DNA from: Macrostomum lignano
Taxonomy: Eukaryota
Assembly: GCA_002269645.1 (NCBI GenBank)
Contig: NIVC01003950.1
Span: 1 to 50,272, forward strand
Direction of reading: 5' to 3'
DNA: 50,272 nucleotides
Under the pieces are notes generated by a model. The model ran no database searches. It saw only the letters and a program-made list of their open reading frames with translations, and was not told where the DNA came from. Below are positions 27,661 through 40,233 of the stretch, piece after piece; position 1 is the first letter of the stretch; each line of letters starts with the position of its first letter. A program made the translations under genes and the position numbers.

Positions 27661-28435
27661 GTGTCCCTGGTGCTAAAGCCTCTGGTGCTAAAGCCCCTGG
27701 TGCTAAAGCCCGTGGTGCTAAAGCCCCTGGTGCTAAAGCCTCTGGTGCTAAAGCCCCTGGTGCTAAAGCCCCTGGTGCTAGAGCCTCTAGTGCTAAAGCC
27801 CCTTGGTGCTAAAGCCCCTGGTGCTAAAGCCCCTGGTGCTAAAGCCCCTTGGTGCTAAAGCCCCTGGTGCTAAAGCCCCTGGTGCAGGGGGGCCGTAGCC
27901 CAGCGGTAGCGCAGCTGCTCTGGTGTGCCAGCGACCCAGGCTCGATTCCAAGTGCAGTCACATTAATTTGGGGCTGAATTGGAATCTCGGCTTGGCTCTG
28001 CTCGTGCAATTAACGGCCTTGAGAGCCAACCCCCCAAGGCGCAGTGAAGTGTACATGCCTAACGATAAAATAAAGTTAGGGCCGCTGTACACTCCTGTGT
28101 GAGTGTGTGCCTGCTCAGGGGAGTCGGCGGAATGGGCAGTAATGCCTCTCGCCGGTTGTGTGCCCATGTCGCTTAAAGTGCGCCAGGGTGCACACAACCC
28201 CCTGCCTCTAATAAAAAAAGCCCCTGGTGCTAAAGCCTCTGGTGCTAAAGCCCCTGGTGCTAAAGGCCCTGCTGCTAAAGGCCCTGGTGCTAAAGCCCCT
28301 GGTGCTAAAGCCTCTGGTGCTAAAGCCTCTGGTGCTAAAGCCCCTGGTGCTAAAGGCCCTGGTGCTAAAGGCCCTGGTGCTAAAGGCCCTGGTGCTAAAG
28401 CCCGGGTGCTAAAGCCCCTTGGTGCTAAAGCTCCT
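27661..28435 (+). repeat. 15-bp minisatellite GGTGCTAAAGCCCCT split by a SINE insertion
   Basis: About 15 units at 27661-27885 and ~14 units at 28217-28435. Confidence 0.93.
27887..28219 (+). mobile_element. tRNA-derived SINE family B, apparently full length with A-rich tail
   Basis: GGGGGCCGTAGCCCAGCGG (A-box), GGCTCGATTCC (B-box), 3' AATAAAAAAA; flanked by AAAGCCCCTGGTGC (27872-27885 / 28217-28230). Confidence 0.8.
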
Positions 28436-30314
28436 TGTGTTGGCGCCAACTCAAATGAAATAGCGCCCCTACTCAAAGACGCAGCTGCCAAACGAAAAAT
28501 CCTACTTGCGATCCCAACTAAAATTCAAGCTCAAAATTCCTAACTCAAATTGGCGATAAAATTTCCAATGATTTAAAAATCAAAAAAAGCTTTTTAGAGT
28601 GCAAACGACTCATCAAAATTATGTTCCGTTTGCTCTCACCGAGATCGTCTTGTCCGATGCATCTCAATGGGCTGCACCGCGAGCTCAGTGACCCATTTAT
28701 CGGCTCAGGTGTTGTGCTCAATTATTTTTACATATAATATCAATTAGTTAGTTTCAACTCCCATCCAAGCTTATCTATCTAAGTAGAAGCTCTATGCATA
28801 CTCAGTTGGCCATGGTTGGGAATGGGGGCAGAGTTTTCTGCAAGAATGGCGTGTCCAAGCCGTGTCCAAGAGCCTAGCGATTGGTCACAGCCAGTTTACC
28901 AGCGGAGAATATTTGTCCCATGAAAGCTGCGCGGATGAAGCGGCAGGCAGACTGAATGTGGGATATAGTGGTAGATTGAGTGCAGTAGAGAGCCTAAAAG
29001 TTGAGCTGCTTTCCCATGATTTTTGGAGGGATAGCCGCAAGTTATTTGGCTACTGCGCGTGACTTTTCCACATTGTTGCTTTTTGCAGAAGAGACGGACT
29101 TAGTTGTGCCCGCTCCAGTACAAGTTGCATTTCTGCTTCCGCTCTGCCCGCAGCTGAGCCTGCAGCAGTTGTAAAAGCAAAATCACAATCGCTGGTTACT
29201 TGATTGCTGCTTCATCTACTCTGGATTAATTTTGCTCATATTACTAGCTAAGCTGATCGATTTATAAACGTAGGCAATAGGGCCGTCAGTGTTTTTTCTT
29301 GCTTTGTTTTTTGCAGTTCGTGACTATAAGGTTTTGTTTAGTATTGTTCTACTAACTTTTTCGTCGGGGGCTGACCCTCATGACTGTGGATTGGTCAATT
29401 TTCGTGCAACAGGCAGCGAATTACCGTCAGAAGCGTCTATCGTTGAGTACACCCGGACGAACCTCTCCAGTACGTTTTCAGGCCTGAGAATCTCTGCCAG
29501 CTCGTCCGCTACCTAAGGGCTACAGGGCGAGCGACCATCCACCTCCTGTACACCGGCACCACTGGCAATTTCCTTCTAGCGATGCCCTCATGCCGTCCAA
29601 ACCCCAGATTATAATCAGTAATGCGGTTTCCCGGCAATTCGACTAAGCCCTTCCTTCTTCACGACGCATTCAAACTTACGCGCATGGGAAGTCGAAGTCG
29701 CAACGGGATTCTCTGCAGAGAATTCTGGCTGCCAGGATGCCACATGCTTGGACTTCATCAAGCAATCAGTGGTTCGTATAAAGTTAAAAGAGTACTTGAC
29801 TAATAAAATCCAAAGTGCTCTCACTCAGACTCTTAACTCCATCATAAGCGTCCGTGTGGCATTCCGGATCCCCGGGAGACGTGGACGGAGCAACTTGAAG
29901 CAGCAAATTTGTTATCGTAATTGTCTGCGCAAATTAGACTGCCTGTAGTTGAGGCAGCTTTCAGTCTCTTTTCTATGCGGCAACAATGCATGATTGGGAC
30001 TCTGAGCTTTGAGCAACCGGGACCGCCGCTACCCAACGGAAGCCCCGGGTTTGTCCCGACGCTAACGCGACTCATTGAGGAGGCTCCTACCGAACAAATC
30101 AATCAATAAAGGCCTGCCTTTACTCCGAGTAAAGTCCGTTTTTTCTCCATCACGGCTCTGCATCAGTGCAACTGGGAATTCATCGCACCCCCAATGCATC
30201 CTGATTTGTCACGAATTTCGAGGACTCTCAGGTCAGCGTTCGTGTCACAGATTGGCGCAGTTTTTATGGGCTGACTATTTGTACTATATAGTATTCACGA
30301 GCTGCTAATTACAA

Positions 30315-30594
30315 GGGGGTTTGTAGCCGTAGTGATTCGAGCCTCGGACTCACGACTAGAAGGTCGGGGGTTCGAATCCCGATCCCACACGAAACAATTT
30401 GTGCCCTTGAGCAAGACCACTTACATGTAACTCTGCATTGCCTCAGTTCACCCAGCTGTAAAATGGGTGCCAGCATTAGCTGGGGTAATTGAGGCTGTGT
30501 GGCGAACCCCCACCCCCCAGTCCTTGGACTGAACAGCCGTACGCAGCCTTCAGATGCGCCGCGCAATAGCTGCGGCTGAGCTGTCGGTTGCACA
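30315..30594 (+). mobile_element. tRNA-derived SINE family A
   Basis: B-box GGTTCGAATCCC and the shared body and tail ending GTCGGTTGCACA. Confidence 0.9.
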
Positions 30595-31484
30595 CCTGCC
30601 CATTAGGACAGGTGTAATTAATTATTGTTATCAGTTTAATAACTGTTGAGTTTAGTTGGAAATAATTAGAACTAAACTCATTACTATAAAACATAGCAAT
30701 CCATCGAAATATAAGTATGCATGTATACCTTTGGTCTAATGATATTCTACCATTCATATTATAAAACTAACATAAAAAATGTTTATTAGAGGTCTAGCCA
30801 GCACTATATTTTTGTACAATCAGTTCAGCAGAAAAAGCTTTTCTTGCCTGCTTTGCCATTTTTAAAGCATTTTTACATAATACGCCCGCATCTTGTTCGA
30901 CCTACTTGCAGTAGGCAAGTTGGAACAACATTTTCCCAAATTAATTAAAGTTTTTTCTTCGATTTCAAGGAGAAGAAAAAGCAATTAATTTTTCTCTATT
31001 GCAAGCCCCGAGCCGAAAGCAGAGCGCCCGCTCGTCTTACAGGCGGCAATTACAGGCTCTGCCTTGGCACCTCCGGTCTGAGCCACTTGCAATTGGAAAA
31101 AAAAGAAATAATAATATTGTGTATGAGAAGGCCCAACACAGAAGATAAGATTTCAGTTGCTCATGCGGTGCTGCAGATAACAGGCTTGGTAAAGATCCAC
31201 TGCTCTTCATGACAGAGCTCTTAAGCTACATAGAATTCACCGGATCTCTGTTTGGTTAGCTCGGTGAACATTCCCTGTATTACTATGGGAACTTGATAGC
31301 GAATATGGGATCGCGAAGGGAGGGGATGGCTTCTGCAAATGGTCATCTGCTCCTCTAGTCTCTGAGTAAACATTGGGATACTGCTCTGTCTGTTTGACTG
31401 TATATTCTAGGAAAGCCAACGGCATCGCCGTCGGTGGGTGTCGACTGCAGTGTTGATCGGCCTTGATTTGCCAAAAAACAGGCT

Positions 31485-32700
31485 TAGTCACTCTTTCTGA
31501 AAAAACTGGGCACTCTTCCTGAAAAACTGGGCACTCTGTCTGAAAAACTGGGCACTCTCTCTGAAAAACTGGGCAAACTCTTTGAAAAACTGGGTACTCT
31601 TCCTGAAAAACTAGTCACTCTTCCTGAAAAACTAGTCACTCTTCCTGAAAAACTGGGCACTCTGTCTGAAAAACTGGGCACTCTCTCTGAAAAACTGGGC
31701 AAACTCTTTGAAAAACTGGGTACTCTTCCTGAAAAACTAGTCACTCTTCCTGAAAAACTAGTCACTCTTCCTGAAAAACTAGTCACTCTTCCTGAAAAAC
31801 TAGTCACTCTTCCTGAAAAACTAGTCACTCTTTCTGAAAAACTAGTCACTCTTCCTGAAAAAACTAGTCACTCTTTCTGAAAAACAAGTTACCCTTCCTG
31901 AAAAGTTGTCAATCTTTCTAAAAAACTAGTCACTCTTCCTGAAAAACTAGTCACTCTTCCTGAAAAACTGGGCACTCTGTCTGAAAAACTGGGCACTCTC
32001 TCTGAAAAACTGGGCAAACTCTTTGAAAAACTGGGTACTCTTCCTGAAAAACTACTCACTCTTCCTGAAAAACTAGTCACTCTTCCTGAAAAACTAGTCA
32101 CTCTTCCTGAAAAACTAGTCACTCTTCCTGAAAAACTAGTCACTCTTTCTGAAAAACTAGTCACTCTTCCTGAAAAACTAGTCACTCTTTCTGAAAAACT
32201 AGTCACTCTTTCTGAAAAACTAGTCACTCTTCCTGAAAAACTAGTCACTCTTCCTGAAAAACTAGTCACTCTTCCTGAAAAACTAGTCACTCTTCCTGAA
32301 AAACTAGTCACTCTTCCTGAAAAACTAGTCACTCTTCCTGAAAAACTAGTCACTCTTCCTGAAAAACTAGTCACTCTTCCTGAAAAACTAGTCACTCTTC
32401 CTGAAAAACTAGTCACTCTTCCTGAAAAACTAGTCACTCTTCCTGAAAAACTAGTCACTCTTCCTGAAAAACCAGTCAATCTTTCTAAAAAAACTAGTCA
32501 CTCTTCTTGAAAAACTAGTCTCTCTCTTTGAAAAACTAGGCACTCTTTTTTTAAAAACTGGGCACTCTTTCTGAAAAAGTGGGCACTCCCTCTGAGAAAC
32601 TGGGCACTCCCTTTGAGAAACAAGGCACTCAGTCAATCCAGAGAACAAGTCAGTTTCCCCGAAGAACTAGGCACTTCTTCTGAAAAACTGGGCACTCTGG
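31485..32700 (+). repeat. 21-bp minisatellite GAAAAACTAGTCACTCTTCCT, ~55 copies
   Basis: Direct reading; produces the spurious (RVTSFSG)n ORFs. Confidence 0.95.
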
Positions 32701-32974
32701 CATAAGAACTAGTCACTATATAAGAACTAGTCTCGGCAAGTCACTATATATTAATCTAGAGTGGGCCCGAACGTTAGGCCTGAAAGCACTCGAGCCCAGT
32801 TAGGTAGGTGGGCGGTGAACTCGGATTAAAAAACAGTGGCCAGAAAAAAGTATGAAAAAAAGTTTGTGTACTTTTGTAATTGTCGTGTTCGAGAGTTAGG
32901 AATCAGTTCTGGCCCCATAATAGGCTTACGGTGTGATCTTAATTGAGGTGCGCCTTCTTGATTTAAATGCATGT

Positions 32975-34700
32975 CTATCTAACACCCAGATTTAGATGCG
33001 TATCTAACACCCAGATTTAGATCTGTATCTATCTAACACTCCGATTTAGATGCGTATCTGACACCCAGATTTAGATGTGTATCTATCTAACACTCCGATT
33101 TAGATGCGTATCTGACACCCAGATTTAGATGTGTATCTATTTAACACTCCGATTTAGATGCGTATCTGACACCCCGATTTAGATCTGTATCTATCTAACA
33201 CCCAGATTTAGATCTGTATCTATCTAACACTCCGATTTAGATGCGTATCTAACACCCCGATTTAGATCTGTATCTATCTAACACCCCGATTTAGATCTGT
33301 ATCTATCTAACACCCCGATTTAGATCTGTATCTATTTAACACTCCGATTTAGATGCGTATCTAACACCCAGATTTAGATCTGTATCTATCTAACACTCCG
33401 ATTTAGATGCGTATCTGACACCCAGATTTAGATGTGTATCTATCTAACACTCCGATTTAGATGCGTATCTAACACCCAGATTTAGATCTGTATCTATCTA
33501 ACACTCCGATTTAGATGCGTATCTAACACCCCGATTTAGATCTGTATCTATCTAACACCCCGATTTAGATCTGTATCTATCTAACACCCAGATTTAGATC
33601 TGTATCTATCTAACACTCCGATTTAGATGCGTATCTAACACCCCGATTTAGATCTGTATCTATCTAACACCCCGATTTAGATCTGTATCTATCTAACACC
33701 CCGATTTAGATCTGTATCTATTTAACACCCCGATTTAGATGTGTATATATCTAACACCCCGATTTAGATGCGTATCTGACACCCAGATTTAGATCTGCAT
33801 CTATCTAACATCCCGATTTAGATGCGTATCTAACACCCCGATTTAGATCTGTATCTATCTAACACTCCGATTTAGATGCGTATCTAACACCCCGATTTAG
33901 ATCTGTATCTATCTAACACTCCGATTTAGATGCGTATCTAACACCCCGATTTAGATCTGTATCTATCTAACACCCCGATTTAGATCTGTATCTATCTAAC
34001 ACCCCGATTTAGATCTGTATCTATTTAACACCCCGATTTAGATGTGTATATATCTAACACCCCGATTTAGATGCGTATCTAACACCCAGATTTAGATCTG
34101 TATCTATCTAACACTCCGATTTAGATGCGTATCTAACACCCCGATTTAGATCTGTATCAAACTAACACTCCGATTTAGATGCGTATCTAACACCCCGATT
34201 TAGATCTGTATCTATCTAACACCCCGATTTAGATCTGTATCTATCTAACACCCCGATTTAGATCTGTATCTATCTAACACTCCGATTTAGATGCGTATCT
34301 AACACCCCGATTTAGATCTGTATCTATCTAACACCCCGATTTAGATGTGTATATATCTAACACCCCGATTTAGATGCGTATCTGACACCCAGATTTAGAT
34401 CTGCATCTATCTAACATCCCGATTTAGATGCGTATCTAACACCCCGATTTAGATCTGTATCTATCTAACACTCCGATTTAGATGCGTATCTGACACCCCG
34501 ATTTAGATCTGTATCTATCTAACACTCCGATTTAGATGCGTATCTAACACCCCGATTTAGATCTGTATCTATCTAACATCCCGATTTAGATGCGTATCTA
34601 ACACCCCGATTTAGATCTGTATCTATCTAACATCCCGATTTAGATGCGTATCTAACACCCAGATTTAGATGCTTATCTATCTAACACCCTGATTTAAATG
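32975..34700 (+). repeat. Satellite of 25-bp and 29-bp monomers (TATCTAACACYCCGATTTAGATGCG / TATCTAACACCCMGATTTAGATCTGTATC)
   Basis: About 1.7 kb; often alternating as a 54-bp dimer. Confidence 0.95.
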
Positions 34701-35474
34701 CTTGTGTGTGTGTATTAATCTAACACCCCACTTTACGTGTGTATTTATCTAACACCCAGAAAAAGTCGCTATCGCGCACTCACTGTCTCAGTCGGTCTTT
34801 TCTCAGCGCTCTCGGCAAGTTTCTGGTGGTGGCTCCCACCTCCAGAGGCATCGCTTCGCATCTCGTCGAAGTCGTCGATCAGGGTAAGTGCTCAGTACGC
34901 TCGGGGCAAGGAGCGCTACTGTGGGGAGTGCTGATATACCGGCACAGCTTCCGCCCATATCTACTAACCCAAGAGGGGGTGATTGGTCGAAATTTCTTGC
35001 AAACACTTCATCAGGTCACGAATGGCAATATATTATTAGGGAAGATATTTCGACATATTTTACAATAAACAGGTGTTGTTTGCTTTGCTGGTTCTGCACG
35101 CGTGCGAGAGACGGAGCTTTAAGTCCTAACCGGGATTACATAGTTAATCTGAATTCCAAATTTGGTAGCTAAACTGACTTACTAATAATTGACAAAAACT
35201 TGACAGCATTCCAGCTGGATTTAAGCCAGATTTTCTGCTACGGATGATGTTAATCCTAGGGCCTACGGTTCGAATCCGTAAGGCTTACATATTTTTTTAC
35301 TATAGATTAATATTTGTTACCTATCCGCGATAGCTCTTGTATTGTAATTCGAAACTTCATCAATTTGGGTTCGAAAAATCCAATAGTGTTAGAATAGGAT
35401 TTATCTATACTCAGAATTTTAGTGGATTCTTGGATGTCTGAAAATTATTAAAATTCTCTGAATATTCAAATCCA

Positions 35475-35826
35475 GACTCAATCAAGACTCAATCAAGACT
35501 CAATCAAGATTTAATCAAGATTTACTCAAGACTCAATCAAGACTCAATCAAGACTCAATCAAGACTCAATCAAGACTCAATCAAGACTCAATCAAGACTC
35601 AATCAAGACTCAATCAAGACTCAATCAAGATTTAATCAAGATTTACTCAAGACTCAATCAAGACTCAATCAAGACTCAATCAAGACTCAATCAAGACTCA
35701 ATCAATACTCAATCAAGACTATCAAGACTCAATCAAGACTCAATCAAGACTCAATCAAGACTCAATCAAGACTCAATCAAGACTCAATCAAGACTCAATC
35801 AAGACTCAATCAAGACTCAATCAATC
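35475..35826 (+). repeat. 11-bp minisatellite GACTCAATCAA, ~32 copies
   Basis: Direct reading; the variant pair GATTTAATCAAGATTTACTCAA recurs 121 bp (11 units) apart. Confidence 0.95.
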
Positions 35827-36069
35827 AATGCTTACCTTTATGTGTTAGAAGATTCTGTCTCCTCCCTTTTCCGAAGCAGATTTTGGCTGAAAATATTCAA
35901 AGATTTCAACTCGCACACTTCTTACTGACCGTCTTAAAAAATATTAATCTCACGAACCGAGAGCTAAGAATTCTACTCTGAATAAATACTCCACCTCTGT
36001 AGGTGTACGCAACTCTCAGCCTCAGGCTCAAGACTGCAACTTGGATGCTGGGGGGGGGGGGGCGTGTAG

Positions 36070-36102
<33 letters not shown>

Positions 36103-36532
36103 GTGCGGCACAATTCGCTAACAGCTTTTCCATTTATGGCAAACAATGCGCCAGCAAGACTGTTTTATCCATATGTAGAAGAAGAGCAATGCACACACCG
36201 CAGTCGGCAGCGGGCTAGAAATTTTTGCTGACCTGAAAAAGCAGAAAGCCTTTTGCTAAGGGCTGAGAAAAATGTTCCCAGAAACTATGGCTAAGGAGTT
36301 GTTCATTGTGTTGTATATGCATTATTAGCAGTATGTCGAGCAATAGCTATAGGGTATCATGGAGTACGGTCATGCTTATAACTTGCAAGCCATTTTTTAA
36401 GTTAAGATACATTGTGAAACGAAACCGATAAATGTCTTATTCACATTGTGTCTTTTCTTGTCTGTCTCTCAGCTTTGCTAGTAAAATGCCTTATAAAGAA
36501 TTTTTAGTAAAACTCTGATGGGATTCGGCCTA

Positions 36533-37080
36533 TCTCTCCCCCACCCACCCCAACCCCAGATTTTCTCTCCCCCACACACCCCAACCCCAGCTTTTATCTC
36601 CCCTCCACCCACCCAATCCCAGATTTTCTCTCCCCCCACACACCCCAACCCCAGATTTTCTTTCCCCCACCCACCCCAATTCAAGTTTTTCTCTCCCCAC
36701 CCACCCCAACCCCAGCTTTTCTCTCCTCTCCACCCACCCAAATCCCAGATTTTCTCTCCCCCACACACCCCAACCCCAGATTTTCTCTCCCCCACCCACC
36801 CCAATTCAAGTTTTTCTCTTCCCCACCCACCCCAACCCCAGCTTTTCTCTCCCCTCCACCCACACCAATCCCAGCTTTTCTCTCCCCCACCCACCCCAAT
36901 TCAAGTTTTTCTCTCCCCCACCCACCCCAACCCCAGCTTTTCTCTCCCCCACCCACCCCAACCCCAGCTTTTCTCTCCCCTCCACCCACCCCAATCCCAG
37001 ATTTTCTCTCCCCCCACACACCCCAACCCCAGATTTTCTCTCCCCCACCCACCCCAACCCCAGCTTTTCTCTCCTTCACC
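36533..37080. repeat. ~33-bp degenerate C-rich minisatellite (G-run rich on the minus strand)
   Basis: Units such as TTTTCTCTCCCCCACCCACCCCAACCCCAG. Confidence 0.88.
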
Positions 37081-37445
37081 CACATCAACCTCCTCTAGTT
37101 CAGGCTTCAGCTTTTCAATGGTCTTAATGGCGTTATTAACGGGCCAATTATGACTTTGTTACGGGCGATTTAGTTTTAAATAAATTTTCAAACCCACCAT
37201 TAACTTTGAATGAATAATACCGTCAAATATTAGTTGTCCGCTGTCTGCTAACTACTTTGTCATTTAGTCGCTACCTCCCAGAATCCTGCTAGACAAACTT
37301 CATCTATTAACGTAGAAGCTTCTCTAATGCAGCAGAGTCTGTTCTGTCCATTAAACGCGTGAAAAATGCTAATGAGGATTTCTACTGCGTCGTGAGAATC
37401 AGCTAACGCACTACCTGCCACTTTTTAAGGAGGCTATGCACGAGC

Positions 37446-39366
37446 CATAGAATTCTAGATAACTAACTGGAAGCGAAGGCTTTTTTGGGGGGCGGACACA
37501 ACCGGGCCGAGTGGGAGCCTGCATGTTTTCTGGCTGCCTTATTCAACACTAATGTTTTCACTAATAATTGGCTGCTGTTATTAAGAGTAATATTTAATTC
37601 TTTAAGTTTATTTTTTTAATTAACAAGTCAGTGCTTATTAAGAGTCACTAAAGGTATTTGTGACATATCTTAACAAAACTAATATTTTTGCAAAGCCGCA
37701 AAGTAAACACATAGGATCAGTAAAAAATCATAGTATGAACATAAATTAGCTGCTTAATCTAATCTATGAAGAAGATGCATCGCGGTACCATCGCCACTGC
37801 ATCGCGGTACTTTCCGGCGATCGATTTCACCTGATGCATCGCGGTCAAACTCGACGATTTCGTCGAGTCTCTTCCTGCCGACCGTCGAACGCGCCCAGCG
37901 CCAGCTGGACCAGCTTGTGAGCGTTGCTGCGAGCGTCGGCCTGGGGGTCAACACGCAGAAGACCGTCGTGCTTCGAATACCGAGACGCTGACAGGCAGGT
38001 GTCGAAGCTTCCGCACTGTCAGCAGTTCGTCTGCCTCGGCGGTCTGCAGACCATGGTGCTTGATGTTCCAGAGGACCTAGCACGTCGCCGTGGACTTGCT
38101 TGGGTTGCCTTCCGTTTCGTGAGGGCTGTCCTGCAGTCCGAGGCCCTGCCTGACCGCCAGAGGGCGGCGTTGTTCAAGGCGGTGATCGAGACCGTCCTGT
38201 TGTACAACACCGAGACCTGGACACTGACGGATTCGCTCGAACAGCAGGTCAATGCGGCGCACGCTGGCCTGTCTTTAAGATCGGCTGCGAGCACGTCACC
38301 AATGCGGGCTATATCGCCGCACTGGCCTGTCCCTTCCCAGCAAACTTTTGCGTTGTCCACGACTCCAGCTGGCCACATCATCCGAGCCGAGTCCTAAAGT
38401 CCACAGCCGGTGCAGGAAGTGCTGCTGCTGTCGCTGCAGGCACCCTACCGGCGGGGACAGGCACGCAGTCTGTGTTTCGTCGACTTCTTGCCGGCTAATG
38501 CCGGCGCCCCGGACTCTGCCGGCGGTGCGGCCGGCGGTTCGCGCCCAGGCCCTGAAACGTGCGACGTTGTCCTTGTCTCTCATGACCATGACTCGCTGGA
38601 ATGGCTGACAGCGCATTTTGTTGTTGTATGGAGGGCACACCGGCACACCATCATTCCTTATTCAGAGTGTCGCTGTTTCTCCTGCGCTCACTAAGAATAT
38701 TGTGACGTTGTGTGAAAATCGGTGGCAATAAAGTGCAACGAGCACAGTTGAGATTCTGTCCTGGGTTGGTAGTTTACCCTTCGAATTCGTTGCGACCACT
38801 CTTCAAATAGTTGAAAATCATGCAAAGGAAGCACATGAGAAAATATTCTGCTTTCTGCTCCTGAAGATTGAACCGCTGGATTTTTATTTGTAGTTGCATA
38901 TCCAGATCCAGACCTGTAGTTGTAAGCTGCGTATTTATAAACAATTCTTTTTCTCTGACTATAGTCTCTGATATAGCATGCATCATATCGAATCTTTATA
39001 AATTTTTCATTTAGGGTGAAGTGGAGAAGGCATCCTCAAAAGCATGCGAGCAAATGTACACCCAATGTGCATGCGTTCAGCTTTCAAGTGGGGGGCCTGT
39101 TACCCCGTGTGCATCACAGACAAAGAAACAGCACTGATTTACCGGGGATCTTCCTTCCCCTCCGAAGGGTTTTTCTCCTGTCTAGGACAAAAAACTTCCA
39201 AGCCTTGTGAAGAGCCTGCCCACCTCAAACCCCGCTTAGTCAGTGGGACTGAGATAGGGAAAGGCAGGCCGTTTAAACAAGCTAAAATGACTCGGCCCGG
39301 TTGTGTCCGCTTTCGACCCACGAAAAAGTGAGCCTTCTCTTCCAGTTAGTTATCTAGAATTCTATG
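37446..39366. mobile_element. Non-autonomous DNA transposon with CATAG termini and 8-bp TSD (P- or hAT-like), 1921 bp
   Basis: TIR CATAGAATTCTAGATAACTAACTGGAAG(C/A)GAAGGC...GCGGACACAACCGGGCCGAGT (~75-85 bp, one gapped segment) at 37446 and inverted at ~39290-39366; TSD GCACGAGC at 37438-37445 and 39367-39374. Confidence 0.85.
37840..38560 (+). mobile_element. 5'-truncated, frameshifted RTE-type LINE fragment (RT C-terminal part), nested in the TIR element
   Basis: Translations AASVGLGVNTQKT, QFVCLG, DLARRRGLAWVAF, LFKAVIETVLLYNTETWTLT and APYRRGQARSLCFVDFL match the GLxINxxKT / FxYLG / VLLYGxETW series of RTE-clade RTs. Confidence 0.85.
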
Positions 39367-39485
39367 GCACGAGCTGTCTGCCTCTCTGCGCAAGTGCGCC
39401 GCCAGTGTCTGTGTAAATGCTTGTTAAGCGATCCATTTGGCAACTATGTCAGATTTTGCATTCGCCTAGCTGATGGCGATCTGAT

Positions 39486-39490
<5 letters not shown>

Positions 39491-39548
<58 letters not shown>
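39491..39548 (+). repeat. (GA)n microsatellite
   Basis: Direct reading. Confidence 0.95.
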
Positions 39549-39552
<4 letters not shown>

Positions 39553-40233
39553 TAAGAAAGGTAAGTGCGAAAGAGAGGCTGAGGAAACTGCTTTGCAGTG
39601 GGGAATGATGCCGGCCTGAAAGATTTCCCAGTTAAGAGAAAACTCGTGTCTGGCAGAAGCGAAGCGTGTTTGGAGCGAGAGATCAGCTAAGCAGATAACG
39701 CTACGCAAAACCCCCTCCCTCCAGAGTCATTCAGAAGTTCTTCCGCTTAGGCCTCCAATGGCGTACCTTCTAGTACTGGTATAGAACTATAATTTTTTAC
39801 TCATTACTTGATTTCTCCGCAGACCTGGAGGCATTGTGTGACACTCTAATGATATTTTACAGAATGCGATTCTAAGAAATCGTGTCATGAATTACTTGGG
39901 ACGGAAAACTCAAGCCGAAGGAAGCAGAGAGGTCCTGAAGCATTTGTTACTAAGGCTAAAGTTGTGGCAGCTTGAGGCACAACAATGCAACGCATGGCAA
40001 TCACTTCCTTTTTTAGTGACGTTTTTACCTTCCTAAGAATAGAACCATGCAAGTTATCCTGATTGCAAAATTTCCAACACCTTAAGGTCTTACGAGTACA
40101 ATGCATATGGATTGCACTTACAGAAACGGTTCTTCCAACAACTAAGTGAAAGAAATAGCCAATATCGACGAATGACAGCTGACAGCTCAAATTTTGCCAC
40201 CTCTTCGACGTATGCCACCTAAATGTACCCAGG

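Noticed and set aside
27887-27960. SINE heads as genuine tRNA genes
   Set aside because: They do not fold into a full cloverleaf and continue into shared non-tRNA bodies present in several copies.
28560-30310. Short ORFs upstream of innexin as a gene
   Set aside because: No recognisable motifs or consistent splice structure.
35250-35285. B-box hairpin CCTACGGTTCGAATCCGTAAGG as a tRNA
   Set aside because: No acceptor stem, D-arm or A-box; at most a tRNA or SINE fragment.
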